Part shown: one piece after another, positions 1-8,479 of the stretch
Layout of the letters: each line of letters begins with the position of its first letter
Numbering within the stretch: position 1 is the stretch's first letter
IMG/VR virus record: IMGVR_UViG_3300042481_000276
Coordinates: 1 to 25,301 of that record
DNA: 25,301 bases
Reading direction: 5' to 3' (one strand)
Source of the DNA: a virus
Lineage: Duplodnaviria > Caudoviricetes
Notes under the pieces: generated by a model
Database searches by the model: none
The model's input: the letters and a program-made list of their open reading frames with translations, nothing else
Told to the model about the DNA's origin: nothing
Made by a program: the position numbers and the translations under genes

Positions 1-118
1 GCGGGGCGGTGGGGTGGCGGGGGGGGGGGGGGGCGCGGGAGAGATAAGCTGAGTCCAACTGGTTAAACGCCCGCCATCACGACGATGGCGGGCTCATTTG
101 AGGATAGGAGGGGAAGTG

Positions 119-427
119 ATGGCGAAGAAATTACACCGCGAAGATGCGAAGAATCTGCCCGCCGGTCAAAAGTTGGGATGTCAACTTTCGCCCGATGCTT
201 CGGCGTTGCTTGGAGCGCTCGAATACACGCTCCACTGCGGATCCGGCGTGATTGTCACCCGATCCATCGTGGCGCTGATCGACACGCTTCCACGCTCGCA
301 GAGTGATGGGATCGTCGCGATGATGCGGTTAAGAGGGGCTAGTTTATCGCGGCTGAAACGGTCGATCCAGGCGGTTGAAAATGTGGCTGAAACGGTGGTC
401 GATGGTGGGGCAGGGGAGGGGGCGTGA
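119..427 (+). CDS. hypothetical protein
   Basis: ATG at 119 follows GGAGGGA, giving about 102 aa. No recognisable motif. Confidence 0.45.
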   Translation: MAKKLHREDAKNLPAGQKLGCQLSPDASALLGALEYTLHCGSGVIVTRSIVALIDTLPRSQSDGIVAMMRLRGASLSRLKRSIQAVENVAETVVDGGAGEGA

Positions 428-440
428 AAATTATTTTGAG

Positions 441-486
441 ATTGTCACATAAATAGTCTTGACTCTGTATCAGAGTGTGATAATCT
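441..486 (+). promoter_or_regulatory. sigma70-like promoter with overlapping operator-like dyads
   Basis: TTGACT (459-464), 16-nt spacer, TAATCT (481-486) preceded by TGn. Perfect inverted repeat ACTCTG-tat-CAGAGT (462-476). AT-rich intergenic region. Confidence 0.6.
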
Positions 487-538
487 ATAAGTGTAAGGGA
501 AAGAAAAGTAAGAAACACCTAACAGGGAGCCGGAACAA

Positions 539-835
539 ATGAGCTACACGATTGAGCTGCGGGAAAACAACGGTGGCACTTACTTGGTGCTGCTTAAGGG
601 CAAGATTGTGGCTAGCAAGTGGGATTGCACGCCAGAAGACATCCAGAATTTCGTTTCTGACTCAGATCCAGCGGAATGGGACGACCAGATGCGATACGCC
701 GACCCTGAATTAGCCGTAGATACTCCAGAATCCTTTGGAGAGTTGTTGGCCACCCGTAAGCCAGATGGGGAACTGGTAATCAACGACGAGTCCAGCTACG
801 CAGAGCGACTGGCTTTTTTTGGTGTCCAGTCCTAA
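539..835 (+). CDS. hypothetical acidic protein
   Basis: 98-aa ORF with a GGGAG RBS; first gene after the promoter. Confidence 0.75.
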   Translation: MSYTIELRENNGGTYLVLLKGKIVASKWDCTPEDIQNFVSDSDPAEWDDQMRYADPELAVDTPESFGELLATRKPDGELVINDESSYAERLAFFGVQS

Positions 836-858
836 CACCACTAACCGGAGCCAGACCG

Positions 859-1065
859 ATGATTTCTGACTTTGTCGCCTCAAAAGACCGCCCTGAAGTG
901 ACCCACATCCCCACCGGCATGATCTGGGAGTTCAAACGAACGCCCGAGGGCTATTGGGACGGTTTAGTGATCAATATGGATAAGTGTCCCAAGTGGCCCG
1001 CCGATCGACTAGCCAGGCTGTGCAGTCAGGCTGGTGAGGCCCTGAAACAAGAGTGGAAACTATGA
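859..1065 (+). CDS. hypothetical protein
   Basis: 68-aa ORF with a GGAG RBS; its stop overlaps the next ATG (ATGA). Confidence 0.7.
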   Translation: MISDFVASKDRPEVTHIPTGMIWEFKRTPEGYWDGLVINMDKCPKWPADRLARLCSQAGEALKQEWKL

Positions 1066-1283
1066 CCGACCCCGTCAAACGTGGCCCCGGCAGGCCCCGT
1101 GTCGATAAAATGCAACGTCAACGCCGAGTTTACAAGCTGACCGAAGCGGCGGGTCTTGCCGAGCGGTTCGCTTTCAGCCTGACGCCGGAATTACGGGCGA
1201 AGATCCGCCGCGTTGCTGCGGCTCGCGGAATCAGAGAGGCAGAGGTGGTGCGGAAGTGGTGTGAGGATGCACCGGAGTTGTGA
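1062..1283 (+). CDS. small DNA-binding protein (AT-hook-like GRPR plus ribbon-helix-helix-like region)
   Basis: KRGPGRPR motif, then FAFSLTPELRAKIRRVAAARGIREAEVVRKW, a CopG/RHH-like pattern. ATGA-coupled start at 1062. Confidence 0.6.
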   Translation: MTDPVKRGPGRPRVDKMQRQRRVYKLTEAAGLAERFAFSLTPELRAKIRRVAAARGIREAEVVRKWCEDAPEL

Positions 1284-1402
1284 TACAATCCAGCCTCACA
1301 CAACTGGCGAAGGCCAGAGCGGAATTGTTGGTTGGTATGTTTGCTGACTGGCAGGACCGCAAAAACGGAGACGCTCGGACGGGGATGTCGTATTCAGGAA
1401 GT

Positions 1403-1447
1403 TAAAACCCGCTATTTCCTAGAAGGTTGAGCGGGTTTTATTTATTT
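1403..1447 (+). terminator. intrinsic terminator of the plus-strand cassette (possibly bidirectional)
   Basis: 11-bp stem TAAAACCCGCT/AGCGGGTTTTA followed by TTTATTT. Confidence 0.65.
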
Positions 1448-1455
1448 GTAGGCAT

Positions 1456-1483
1456 AAAAAAAAGCCGCCCCGGTTAGGGCAGC
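1456..1483 (-). terminator. intrinsic terminator of the late operon
   Basis: Minus strand reads GCTGCCC-taaccg-GGGCGGC-TTTTTTTT at the stop of the last late gene. Confidence 0.75.
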
Positions 1484-1812
1484 GAGATGAGGTTTGGACA
1501 GCTTTCGGCAACGCTTTCCCGCACGGGTGAACCGCGTTGGTTACAGGTCCACCAGAGCACATCACTGGCGACCGATTGGGCGGTACATCCACAGCCCTCA
1601 GAACCAACTTGCCGACCGTTGGCCGCCATCACCGGCTCGCCACGATTGACGCATGATCTGCAGGTCTTGCCGACCAACTGCGTTTGCGTGGTCGGAGCTG
1701 GCGTGAGTTCCCACGGTAACGGTTGATATGGGACGCAGACCGACACCATCGCTTCGGTTGTGGCTACGCCGCGAATTGGGCAGTGACCGGGATGTGTGCA
1801 TTGGCAAATCAT
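1474..1812 (-). CDS. Cys-rich hypothetical protein (last late gene)
   Basis: ATGA overlap with the upstream gene puts the start at 1812 (MICQC...). 112 aa with 10 Cys. Confidence 0.65.
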   Translation of the reverse strand: MICQCTHPGHCPIRGVATTEAMVSVCVPYQPLPWELTPAPTTQTQLVGKTCRSCVNRGEPVMAANGRQVGSEGCGCTAQSVASDVLWWTCNQRGSPVRESVAESCPNLISLP

Positions 1813-3119
1813 TCGCACGCAGTGCTTTCGCCCGCTGAACAGCATTGAACTGTAAGTGATTCGAATACTTGCGGGCAGGGTGAATACTTGATTGATACCG
1901 GCACGGTGATTGGGCCGGTCGTGCAATCAAGTATGAGGCCGTGTATCGCCTGCTGCGTAATTGAGTACCCGGAATACCAGTTTGCAGGAGTTCCGCCGCT
2001 GCCTGAACCCTTGCCCATTGTTAACTTTAGTTGCCCGAAACCGTCACATGGGTTACAAGGATCGAACACGTCTGGCCCCCAGTTGCAACCGCCATTGATC
2101 GGTATTTCTTGCCAAATTAAAGTTAACGAGAAAGGTCCAATATCTGCCGCCCAAGTGCAAGCGCCCGGACTCTGTTGGCATGCTGTGACGGTTTGAGTTG
2201 TCCCCCAATATGGCGCCATGTCCGTGTAAAATTGACCAGGGCAAGTGTCATCCGGATTGTCTGTTAATGTCGCTACGAATTTTGCAGTAAACTTCAAGCA
2301 TTTGACTTGCGTTAACCAGGTCGGACAAACGCAAACCAGCGAAGATTGCGAAGAAAAACCGAGAAACCGGACACCTTTGCAATTGGTCGGAATGTTGCTA
2401 TTTAGTGTCAGGTTTGCACTCTCAGTAGAGTTGCCATAATAAGCGTTGTACAGCCTGCGAAACGCTGTTGCAGATCCTCCATTAAGCTCAGTGGCCCAGT
2501 GTCCAAAGTCCCGCATATCGAATTTCTTAATATATTTGTAATTGCAAACATCGTAGGCGGCCCAAGCGTAAGGCGGCGCGCAAAAGTCAGTCCCATTGGC
2601 CGTAAATGTCGGCGGCTTGGCAGGTACACCGGGACAGTCTTTGTAGTCGGCCCACGGTCCTAAAAGCATGATTATCGGATTGCTTTGGGTCTTGGTGTTT
2701 GTACCACCGCCGCCACCACTTGTGATCACCCATTCACCCGTAGTCAGCGACCGTTCCGCCCTATGGATCGCGTTGTCTGTGGTGCTGAGAGTCCCGTTGT
2801 TTGGCTCAATTGCGAAATCGTCCGTGGCGTTTGCAGTCCGTGTGGTGATATTTCCCCACGTCGCACTGATTGTGGCATTTGGATTACCCAGCCGATCCAC
2901 CTCAACCCATCCGTAACGCACCGGCGTTTTCGCTGTGTCCTTTTCGGTTAAACGGATGTAAATCACTTCGGGCGTGCTTAACTCAAGCTCATCATAACCT
3001 GCGGACCGGTTGAGGACGGCACGCCCCGAAACACTTAGCGGTTTACCGACAGCCAATTCATTTAATTTTACGGCGGTTAGTCGTTCGCCCCTTTGGAACG
3101 GTCCTTCTTTTTGAGCCAT
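1809..3119 (-). CDS. putative tail tip/fibre protein with Cys-rich C-terminal region
   Basis: Lies after the tape measure. N-terminal FQRGERLTAVKLN, a GGGGG linker, and 18 Cys after the linker. Confidence 0.6.
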   Translation of the reverse strand: MAQKEGPFQRGERLTAVKLNELAVGKPLSVSGRAVLNRSAGYDELELSTPEVIYIRLTEKDTAKTPVRYGWVEVDRLGNPNATISATWGNITTRTANATDDFAIEPNNGTLSTTDNAIHRAERSLTTGEWVITSGGGGGTNTKTQSNPIIMLLGPWADYKDCPGVPAKPPTFTANGTDFCAPPYAWAAYDVCNYKYIKKFDMRDFGHWATELNGGSATAFRRLYNAYYGNSTESANLTLNSNIPTNCKGVRFLGFSSQSSLVCVCPTWLTQVKCLKFTAKFVATLTDNPDDTCPGQFYTDMAPYWGTTQTVTACQQSPGACTWAADIGPFSLTLIWQEIPINGGCNWGPDVFDPCNPCDGFGQLKLTMGKGSGSGGTPANWYSGYSITQQAIHGLILDCTTGPITVPVSIKYSPCPQVFESLTVQCCSAGESTACE

Positions 3120-3137
3120 TTCATCGCCCTTTTGTGA

Positions 3138-3587
3138 TCAAGATACCAGCATGGTCAGCACAGCAATGTTGCCGTTGGTCCCTGCGGCTGTGATTGTGTT
3201 GCCGCTTGCGATCGTCAGTCCGGCGGCCGAACGGGTCGTCCATACCAGGCTTGTATCTGGTGCCAGTCGACAAGCTGGAAAGCCGGTGATATTGCTGGTG
3301 ATTGTGATATTGCCGTTCGCTGAAGAATTGTACACCCGGACAGCCTTCAGGGCCGTGTGTGCGAAAGCAGCTCCGGAGGTGCTCGTGAGCGAACCAAGCG
3401 TGATTGTGGTTGAGTTGCTGGCGATCGTGATTGCTTGATCGAATGCGGCTGTGAGGTATCCAGCTCCCGTGCCGTTCTCGAACGTGTAATTGTCACGCTG
3501 GCTTGTGACTGCCGATATGACGGTCAGCCCGACGGATGACACTGAAGTCGCTGCGAACGATGTGTTGACGCTTCCTGTGATAGGCAT
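3138..3587 (-). CDS. putative minor virion/tail protein
   Basis: 149 aa, S/T/A/G-rich, AGGAG RBS, in the tail region. Confidence 0.6.
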   Translation of the reverse strand: MPITGSVNTSFAATSVSSVGLTVISAVTSQRDNYTFENGTGAGYLTAAFDQAITIASNSTTITLGSLTSTSGAAFAHTALKAVRVYNSSANGNITITSNITGFPACRLAPDTSLVWTTRSAAGLTIASGNTITAAGTNGNIAVLTMLVS

Positions 3588-3599
3588 GGGATCTCCTAC

Positions 3600-4469
3600 T
3601 TAGTATGATGGCGACCATCGTGATGACGGTGGGATGATGGTAAGCGGGCTGATATCTGTACGCCAATAGATCGGCGTGTTGCTGAGGTCGGTGTATCGGT
3701 AGAGCTGACCGTTGCGAGCCATCGCGACATTCCAGCCTGACTTTTTCCACTTGTAAACGAGCGTCACGTCGAGGATGGCCGTACCGTCTGACATTTCGCG
3801 GCGCGATGTGCTGACGCCGTCAAACAAGACCGTTTCAGCCCCGCATCCCCACATCGTGGCAATATTGACCTTGCCGATCCGGTCGGCAAACATGCCCGAA
3901 TTGACATACCGGCAGTTATGCAATGTGAGTGACAGATTGAACGTCGGGGCGCGAATGAAATCGCTCCCACTTGAGGGTTGCGGTAAGTCCGCAGGTACTG
4001 ACTGGGCGCCACCACTTGCTGTAGCTGTGGCCCACTTAACAGCCCCGGATGGGATCTTGATCATCTCCGCAGCGTACTGGACCTGAAACGAACTCATTTC
4101 AATCGGGTTGGCCGGATCAAACTGAGTTGCAACCGGTTGTTCGTAGGCGACACCAGGAGGCGTGGAAACGATCGACGAGAACGTCACGTCCACAAATGCC
4201 GACTCGTAATATTCACCCGGTGCCGATCCGATTCCGGTTCGGTCCTTATGTCCCACCGGCTCGATATTGGCCGATGTGGCTCGCATGTTGGGTGACGCTG
4301 GCCACGCCCATGGCGCACCATCGAGCAAGCCAAGTGCGGAATTGACAAAGGTGAACGCATCCGCCCAATCGACTTTATACCGCACGTTCGATGACAACCC
4401 CTGAAGGTTTGCCGTGATGCGTGGCGATGGGCTTGCGGCCTGTTTATAAGGTACGGTCGGTGCTCCCAT
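3600..4469 (-). CDS. putative distal tail/baseplate hub protein
   Basis: 289 aa directly after the tape measure (TAATG coupling); function inferred from synteny. Confidence 0.55.
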   Translation of the reverse strand: MGAPTVPYKQAASPSPRITANLQGLSSNVRYKVDWADAFTFVNSALGLLDGAPWAWPASPNMRATSANIEPVGHKDRTGIGSAPGEYYESAFVDVTFSSIVSTPPGVAYEQPVATQFDPANPIEMSSFQVQYAAEMIKIPSGAVKWATATASGGAQSVPADLPQPSSGSDFIRAPTFNLSLTLHNCRYVNSGMFADRIGKVNIATMWGCGAETVLFDGVSTSRREMSDGTAILDVTLVYKWKKSGWNVAMARNGQLYRYTDLSNTPIYWRTDISPLTIIPPSSRWSPSY

Positions 4470-5773
4470 TATCCTAGCCCCTTAATTTCATCGGTCATTC
4501 GGCGAATCTCTTCGGTTTGTTTTTCGATCGCCTTGACTGTCGGATCGTCGCCAGTTCCAGCGTTCAGATTGCGGTTGAATACGTCCGAAGATCCGACGAC
4601 TTCGGTTCTGGCTCGCTGTGCTGTGAGCTCATCAAGCCGCTCCTGAGCCTTCCCTTTGTCCTTTTCCAGCGATTGCCGCTCCAGTTCCGTGGCCACCATT
4701 GCATCATATTCATCGACCATACTTTTGGTCTCCGAACTGGCCCGATCCTTTTCGATCCTCAGCAGTTCCTGAGCCGATCCCGTGGCCCGCTCATAGTCGT
4801 CGGCCATCGCCTTGGTGCGTTCATCCTTCAGATTCAGCATTCCTTCGACCTTCTTTGTGGCAGCCGCGTCGCCCTCACTAAAACCTCCGTAAAGTTCACG
4901 CGATTGGGTCTTGGTCATGCCCGCCTTACGGCCTTCGGTTTCCAGCTTGGTTCGCAGATTGTCGCCACCACCGTATTTATCCACGGCGGCTTGATAGACC
5001 TTTTTATTGATCACCTCCGCTTCCATCCGTCCGGTCGTTTTGTCGTTTTCTGCCGTAGAACCCTTTTGAAGCCATCGCATATCTTTTGCGGCCTTGGCAC
5101 CCATCTGGAATGATTCCGACATGGCTGCCGTTGCGGCGGTGGCTTTCTTCATATTGATTGACGCGGCCTCGGACTCTGTGGCGGCCATGCCAAAAAATCG
5201 CGAAATGGCATTTAAACTGGATTCAGAGGTGATATTGTGAGACTGGGTGCGAGTGGTCAGGAATTCCGCGTCGGCTTTTCGACCTTCAGCCATTGCCGCC
5301 GAATGACCACCACCACCCATCATCCCTTTGACAGAATTCGCGGCCTTTTCAGCGTTTGTACTGACCAGTCCGAGGCTGGCGGAAACAGAGTCTGCCAAGC
5401 TCTTGACCAGTGGTAAACCGACCTGAACGGCGACAGCAATCAAAGTCATCTTGCCAGCCAGGGCGGCGGCAACATCCGTAGACTTGCCCATCGCACGGGC
5501 AATGGACATGCTGACGCCTTCCACGTTATTCACCACGCCCATCAGCCCACCAGCCTGAAAATCCTGCACACCGCGGGAGGCTTGCAGAAGCGCCATGTTG
5601 CGGTGCTTTTGTGCCTCGGCATCCTGACTTGGCCCTGCGGTCGATTTATTCAATGCCGCTTGCATCTTCTGACCAGCCTGCTGAGCCTGCACAACCGCTT
5701 GTGCAAGCCCGGCCCTGAGCTGGTCATCTGATATCCCAAGTTCAACCGAGAGATTTCCGACGCTCGTAGACAT
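4469..5773 (-). CDS. tail tape measure protein (short, about 434 aa)
   Basis: Typical N-terminus MSTSVGNLSVELGISDDQLRAGL; Ala-rich and helical; follows the chaperone genes; GAGGGG RBS before ATG 5773. Confidence 0.8.
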   Translation of the reverse strand: MSTSVGNLSVELGISDDQLRAGLAQAVVQAQQAGQKMQAALNKSTAGPSQDAEAQKHRNMALLQASRGVQDFQAGGLMGVVNNVEGVSMSIARAMGKSTDVAAALAGKMTLIAVAVQVGLPLVKSLADSVSASLGLVSTNAEKAANSVKGMMGGGGHSAAMAEGRKADAEFLTTRTQSHNITSESSLNAISRFFGMAATESEAASINMKKATAATAAMSESFQMGAKAAKDMRWLQKGSTAENDKTTGRMEAEVINKKVYQAAVDKYGGGDNLRTKLETEGRKAGMTKTQSRELYGGFSEGDAAATKKVEGMLNLKDERTKAMADDYERATGSAQELLRIEKDRASSETKSMVDEYDAMVATELERQSLEKDKGKAQERLDELTAQRARTEVVGSSDVFNRNLNAGTGDDPTVKAIEKQTEEIRRMTDEIKGLG

Positions 5774-5774
5774 A

Positions 5775-5957
5775 TCAATCCCCTCGATTGCGTGAAGCAC
5801 CGTCCATGATCTCAAACAGTGCCGTAACAGGCATATCCATCAAGTCTTTGTAGCCGACGTGCATCTCGCTCATCATATAGGCGATGATGCGACTCCAATC
5901 GGTTCGCTCGCGAGGTCCGCCATCGTCGGCTGACCTGCGGCGTTCTCGTCTTTTGGG
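5775..5957 (-). CDS. tail assembly chaperone -1 frameshift extension (gpGT-like)
   Basis: The -1 frame from CCCAAAA (5957-5951) is open to TGA 5775: RRERRRSADDGGPRERTDWSRIIAYMMSEMHVGYKDLMDMPVTALFEIMDGASRNRGD. Confidence 0.75.
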   Translation of the reverse strand, partial: PKRRERRRSADDGGPRERTDWSRIIAYMMSEMHVGYKDLMDMPVTALFEIMDGASRNRGD

Positions 5958-6382
5958 TCGGTTTCATTTGCTCCAAATGCAATCAATTGCATCTCGACCA
6001 CATCGGTCGTGGTGGCGTTTTTGGCGATCACCAAGATTTCATTCGGCTGTAAGTGCGGGTTATAGTGCCGCAAAACCGCCGATAGAAATGCAATCCCGAA
6101 GTCGGCTTTCACGAGGAACTTCTGGGAACATAACGCCGTGATGGCATCAGGTGGCCAAAAGTGAGTCTCCTGAAGTGCCTTGGAAACAAGCTGATCAGCC
6201 AGTTCCTTACCGATCTGTTCCAACGCCTTGGAATCTTGAAGGATTTCATAGGGCGTTTTGAGTTCAGACAAATACGACTCGATTTCAAGGGCGGCCCCCA
6301 GGGTGAGTTTCCCCACCCTGTAAGGTGTGCCGTTGAAATCGCGAGTAAGGACAGGATTCGCGATCTTTGCAGGATTAGCCAT
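5873..6382 (-). CDS. tail assembly chaperone (gpG-like)
   Basis: Between tail tube and tape measure; contains the slippery site C CCA AAA in frame. Confidence 0.75.
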   Translation of the reverse strand: MANPAKIANPVLTRDFNGTPYRVGKLTLGAALEIESYLSELKTPYEILQDSKALEQIGKELADQLVSKALQETHFWPPDAITALCSQKFLVKADFGIAFLSAVLRHYNPHLQPNEILVIAKNATTTDVVEMQLIAFGANETDPKDENAAGQPTMADLASEPIGVASSPI

Positions 6383-6385
6383 GAA

Positions 6386-6739
6386 TCAATTACCGTTCCC
6401 CTGAAACGTAATTGTCACGGGAATAGCCCCGTTGACTTGTGCCTGGCCGTACGAAATATCCTGCACATAGGCCGGAAACGCAGCCCCACCACCGGTCCAC
6501 GAGAGCGAGCCGTTGGCCCCCATCGCCGGTAGTGTGCTGTTGGCTGATCCGACATATGTGGTGACGGTGGCTTTTCGATCTTTGAGCGTAGGCGTAACAG
6601 ACTTGTAGCCAGCATCGGCGGTTGTGGTCGTATCGGCCAATTCGACCGATTCGGTATAGCTTGCCGAGGCAGCTGCGATGGACGCACCACCAAACGTGAC
6701 GGTGGTGGAAAAGAACGTGGTCTTGGGCGTAGATGGCAT
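6386..6739 (-). CDS. major tail (tube) protein, minimal size
   Basis: 117 aa with the pattern ESVELADTTT...GYK...TLKD...TITFQGNG; position fits. Confidence 0.7.
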   Translation of the reverse strand: MPSTPKTTFFSTTVTFGGASIAAASASYTESVELADTTTTADAGYKSVTPTLKDRKATVTTYVGSANSTLPAMGANGSLSWTGGGAAFPAYVQDISYGQAQVNGAIPVTITFQGNGN

Positions 6740-6756
6740 GGTTCAAGCCTTTCGGG

Positions 6757-7131
6757 TCAGGTAGTCCAGCGGAATTCAACAGGGACAGATGAGGACCACA
6801 AAGCACCTTGATCGGTGTAGTTTACGTCGATCTCGGCGGATTGCACTAACGACGAATCAATGCCCGTGATGGCACCACGGTCGAACGCATCGACCAGAGT
6901 CTGAGTGTTTGCAATGATTGCAGTATCAGAGATATCGAACAGGTGAAATGTGCCTGTCATTTGCCAATCACGGTAGGTGGTGGTCGGCTCGTTTGGCGTG
7001 ATGCTCGAAAGCCTCAGAACCGCGTAAGGTGGCTTGGCGGTGCCGGGCGCCAGTTGAAACGACAGCGGCAAAAGCGGGAATATCGTGGCCCATTTCGAGC
7101 GGATATTCTGGATTGTGGTATTGATATTCAA
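6757..7131 (-). CDS. tail terminator/completion protein
   Basis: AP...PPYAVL motif, 124 aa, immediately before the tail tube gene. Confidence 0.65.
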   Translation of the reverse strand: MNINTTIQNIRSKWATIFPLLPLSFQLAPGTAKPPYAVLRLSSITPNEPTTTYRDWQMTGTFHLFDISDTAIIANTQTLVDAFDRGAITGIDSSLVQSAEIDVNYTDQGALWSSSVPVEFRWTT

Positions 7132-7454
7132 ATCTGTTCGTTCGCCCCCACATTTAATCGGGTGTACATGGTCCCACGTGGCCCATTGCCGGGCACTACG
7201 GCCATGACTTCAAGCCAGACGCCGTTGTAGTTGATCCGGTCATAAGCCTTGGCAGCGAACAAACCGTTGACGTAGATTGCCGCCATCACGTTGTTGCCTT
7301 CAGACTGGTTTACAATTGCAACGGAATCGCTTCGGAATTGAACGAACGCGGACATCGCGACACCGGTGGCCGGATAGGTTCGGTTGATCCCTCCGAGTGT
7401 TGCGGAGACGGTTTCTATGGCTGCGAAGTAGTTGATTACGTGAGGCGTTCGCAT
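7128..7454 (-). CDS. head closure / head-tail adaptor (SPP1 gp16-like)
   Basis: 108 aa with a DRINYNGVWLEVMAV pattern; synteny. Confidence 0.6.
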   Translation of the reverse strand: MRTPHVINYFAAIETVSATLGGINRTYPATGVAMSAFVQFRSDSVAIVNQSEGNNVMAAIYVNGLFAAKAYDRINYNGVWLEVMAVVPGNGPRGTMYTRLNVGANEQI

Positions 7455-8065
7455 TATTTCGCAGCCCTCTGAAGTGCTAGGGCGAATTGAAACATGATCG
7501 CTTCCTGTTGCGACTCGAACGCCGGCCGCATGTACGGACGTGGTGGAAGTCTGATTAATCCCTTGCCGCCAAGTTCTTGGATTCTGGCGTACTTCAAACC
7601 TTGCTGCGGACCGATCCTAGCTTTGTAGTCACCTTGACTGTATTCAATGTTGATTTTCTGTAGATCGCCGTGTTGTTTATGCGGTGGTGATCCAGCCGGT
7701 GACGATTGTACCCACCGATTGAGCGGTGAACCGTACCAATAAATCCCCTTCATTCCGTTATGCGAACCGCCCATCGTGAGTGATGCACCGGTCTTTACGC
7801 TTTTAATCGTTTTCAGACCCTTGATTTTGGCCATTCCGTTTGAGAATATCAGGGCATTCTTTTGGGTCTTGTTTAAACCCTTGAAAGCCTTGCTTGACGA
7901 GCGATTCAAATCGCGTGTCGCTGCCTTGCCAGTCACGTTCAACAGGACAACTGCCGCCCTTCGCACTAGCCTGGCTGACTTCTGGACGGCCTGTCTAAGT
8001 TCGCCCTGTAATCGGGCTGCAAATGCACCACCCTGCCAATCAAGTTTAAATGTCGCGTTGATCAT
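7454..8065 (-). CDS. HK97 gp10-like neck/virion morphogenesis protein
   Basis: Motifs SPAGSPPHKQHGDL, YARIQELGG and PPRPYMRPA. Confidence 0.7.
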   Translation of the reverse strand: MINATFKLDWQGGAFAARLQGELRQAVQKSARLVRRAAVVLLNVTGKAATRDLNRSSSKAFKGLNKTQKNALIFSNGMAKIKGLKTIKSVKTGASLTMGGSHNGMKGIYWYGSPLNRWVQSSPAGSPPHKQHGDLQKINIEYSQGDYKARIGPQQGLKYARIQELGGKGLIRLPPRPYMRPAFESQQEAIMFQFALALQRAAK

Positions 8066-8400
8066 CCGATCACCACCACTCGATAAGGTTGCAACAGTTG
8101 CACCGCCATCGCAGGTAAACCGCCGCCGGTGGTGGACATCTGGTAGGTCGCAGAGTAATCGCCAATTCGTTCACTGGTCAGGATGCCGGGATTTTGTCCC
8201 GCCGTTCTCAGGTGCACCGCCGTCAATGCAATCGCCAACTTGACATCGGCTGTCAAATCAGCAGGCAAAAAGGACCGGGCACAATATTGGTCGATCAATG
8301 ACGATGCCGCTGACAGGTAGGCCACGGCGGCGGCAGCGGACCAGGTGCCGATCACATCGGTATAGGTTGTGGCTTCAGATTGCGAGATGTAAGCGGCCAT
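8062..8400 (-). CDS. head-tail connector (HK97 gp6 / SPP1 gp15-like)
   Basis: Motifs ASSLIDQYCARSF, SERIGDYSATY and LLQPYR. Start MAAY at 8400 with a GAGG RBS. Confidence 0.75.
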   Translation of the reverse strand: MAAYISQSEATTYTDVIGTWSAAAAVAYLSAASSLIDQYCARSFLPADLTADVKLAIALTAVHLRTAGQNPGILTSERIGDYSATYQMSTTGGGLPAMAVQLLQPYRVVVIG

Positions 8401-8410
8401 GATTTGCCTC

Positions 8411-8453
8411 AAAATGTAAATGAAACCCGGCGGGCAGGGAAGGACCCGCCGGG
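8411..8453 (-). terminator. intrinsic terminator/attenuator after the capsid gene
   Basis: 9-bp stem CCCGGCGGG/CCCGCCGGG followed by TTTCATTTACATTTT on the minus strand. Confidence 0.7.
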
Positions 8454-8479
8454 CTGACTACCAAACCGACAAACCAAAC

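Noticed and set aside
1-40. G-rich/poly-G tract, possible G-quadruplex or phase-variable run
   Set aside because: It is at the very edge of the window and may be a low-quality contig end or poly-G sequencing artefact; it cannot be supported without reads.
4517-5113. 198-aa plus-strand ORF and many other antisense ORFs across the late operon
   Set aside because: No motifs, RBS or promoter; typical shadow ORFs, unlike 10805-11563.
5774-5815. Extended ORF-track starts (also 1926, 8412, 13084, 14366, 14969, 16286, 16879, 18104, 23671)
   Set aside because: Downstream ATGs with an RBS or stop/start coupling fit better.
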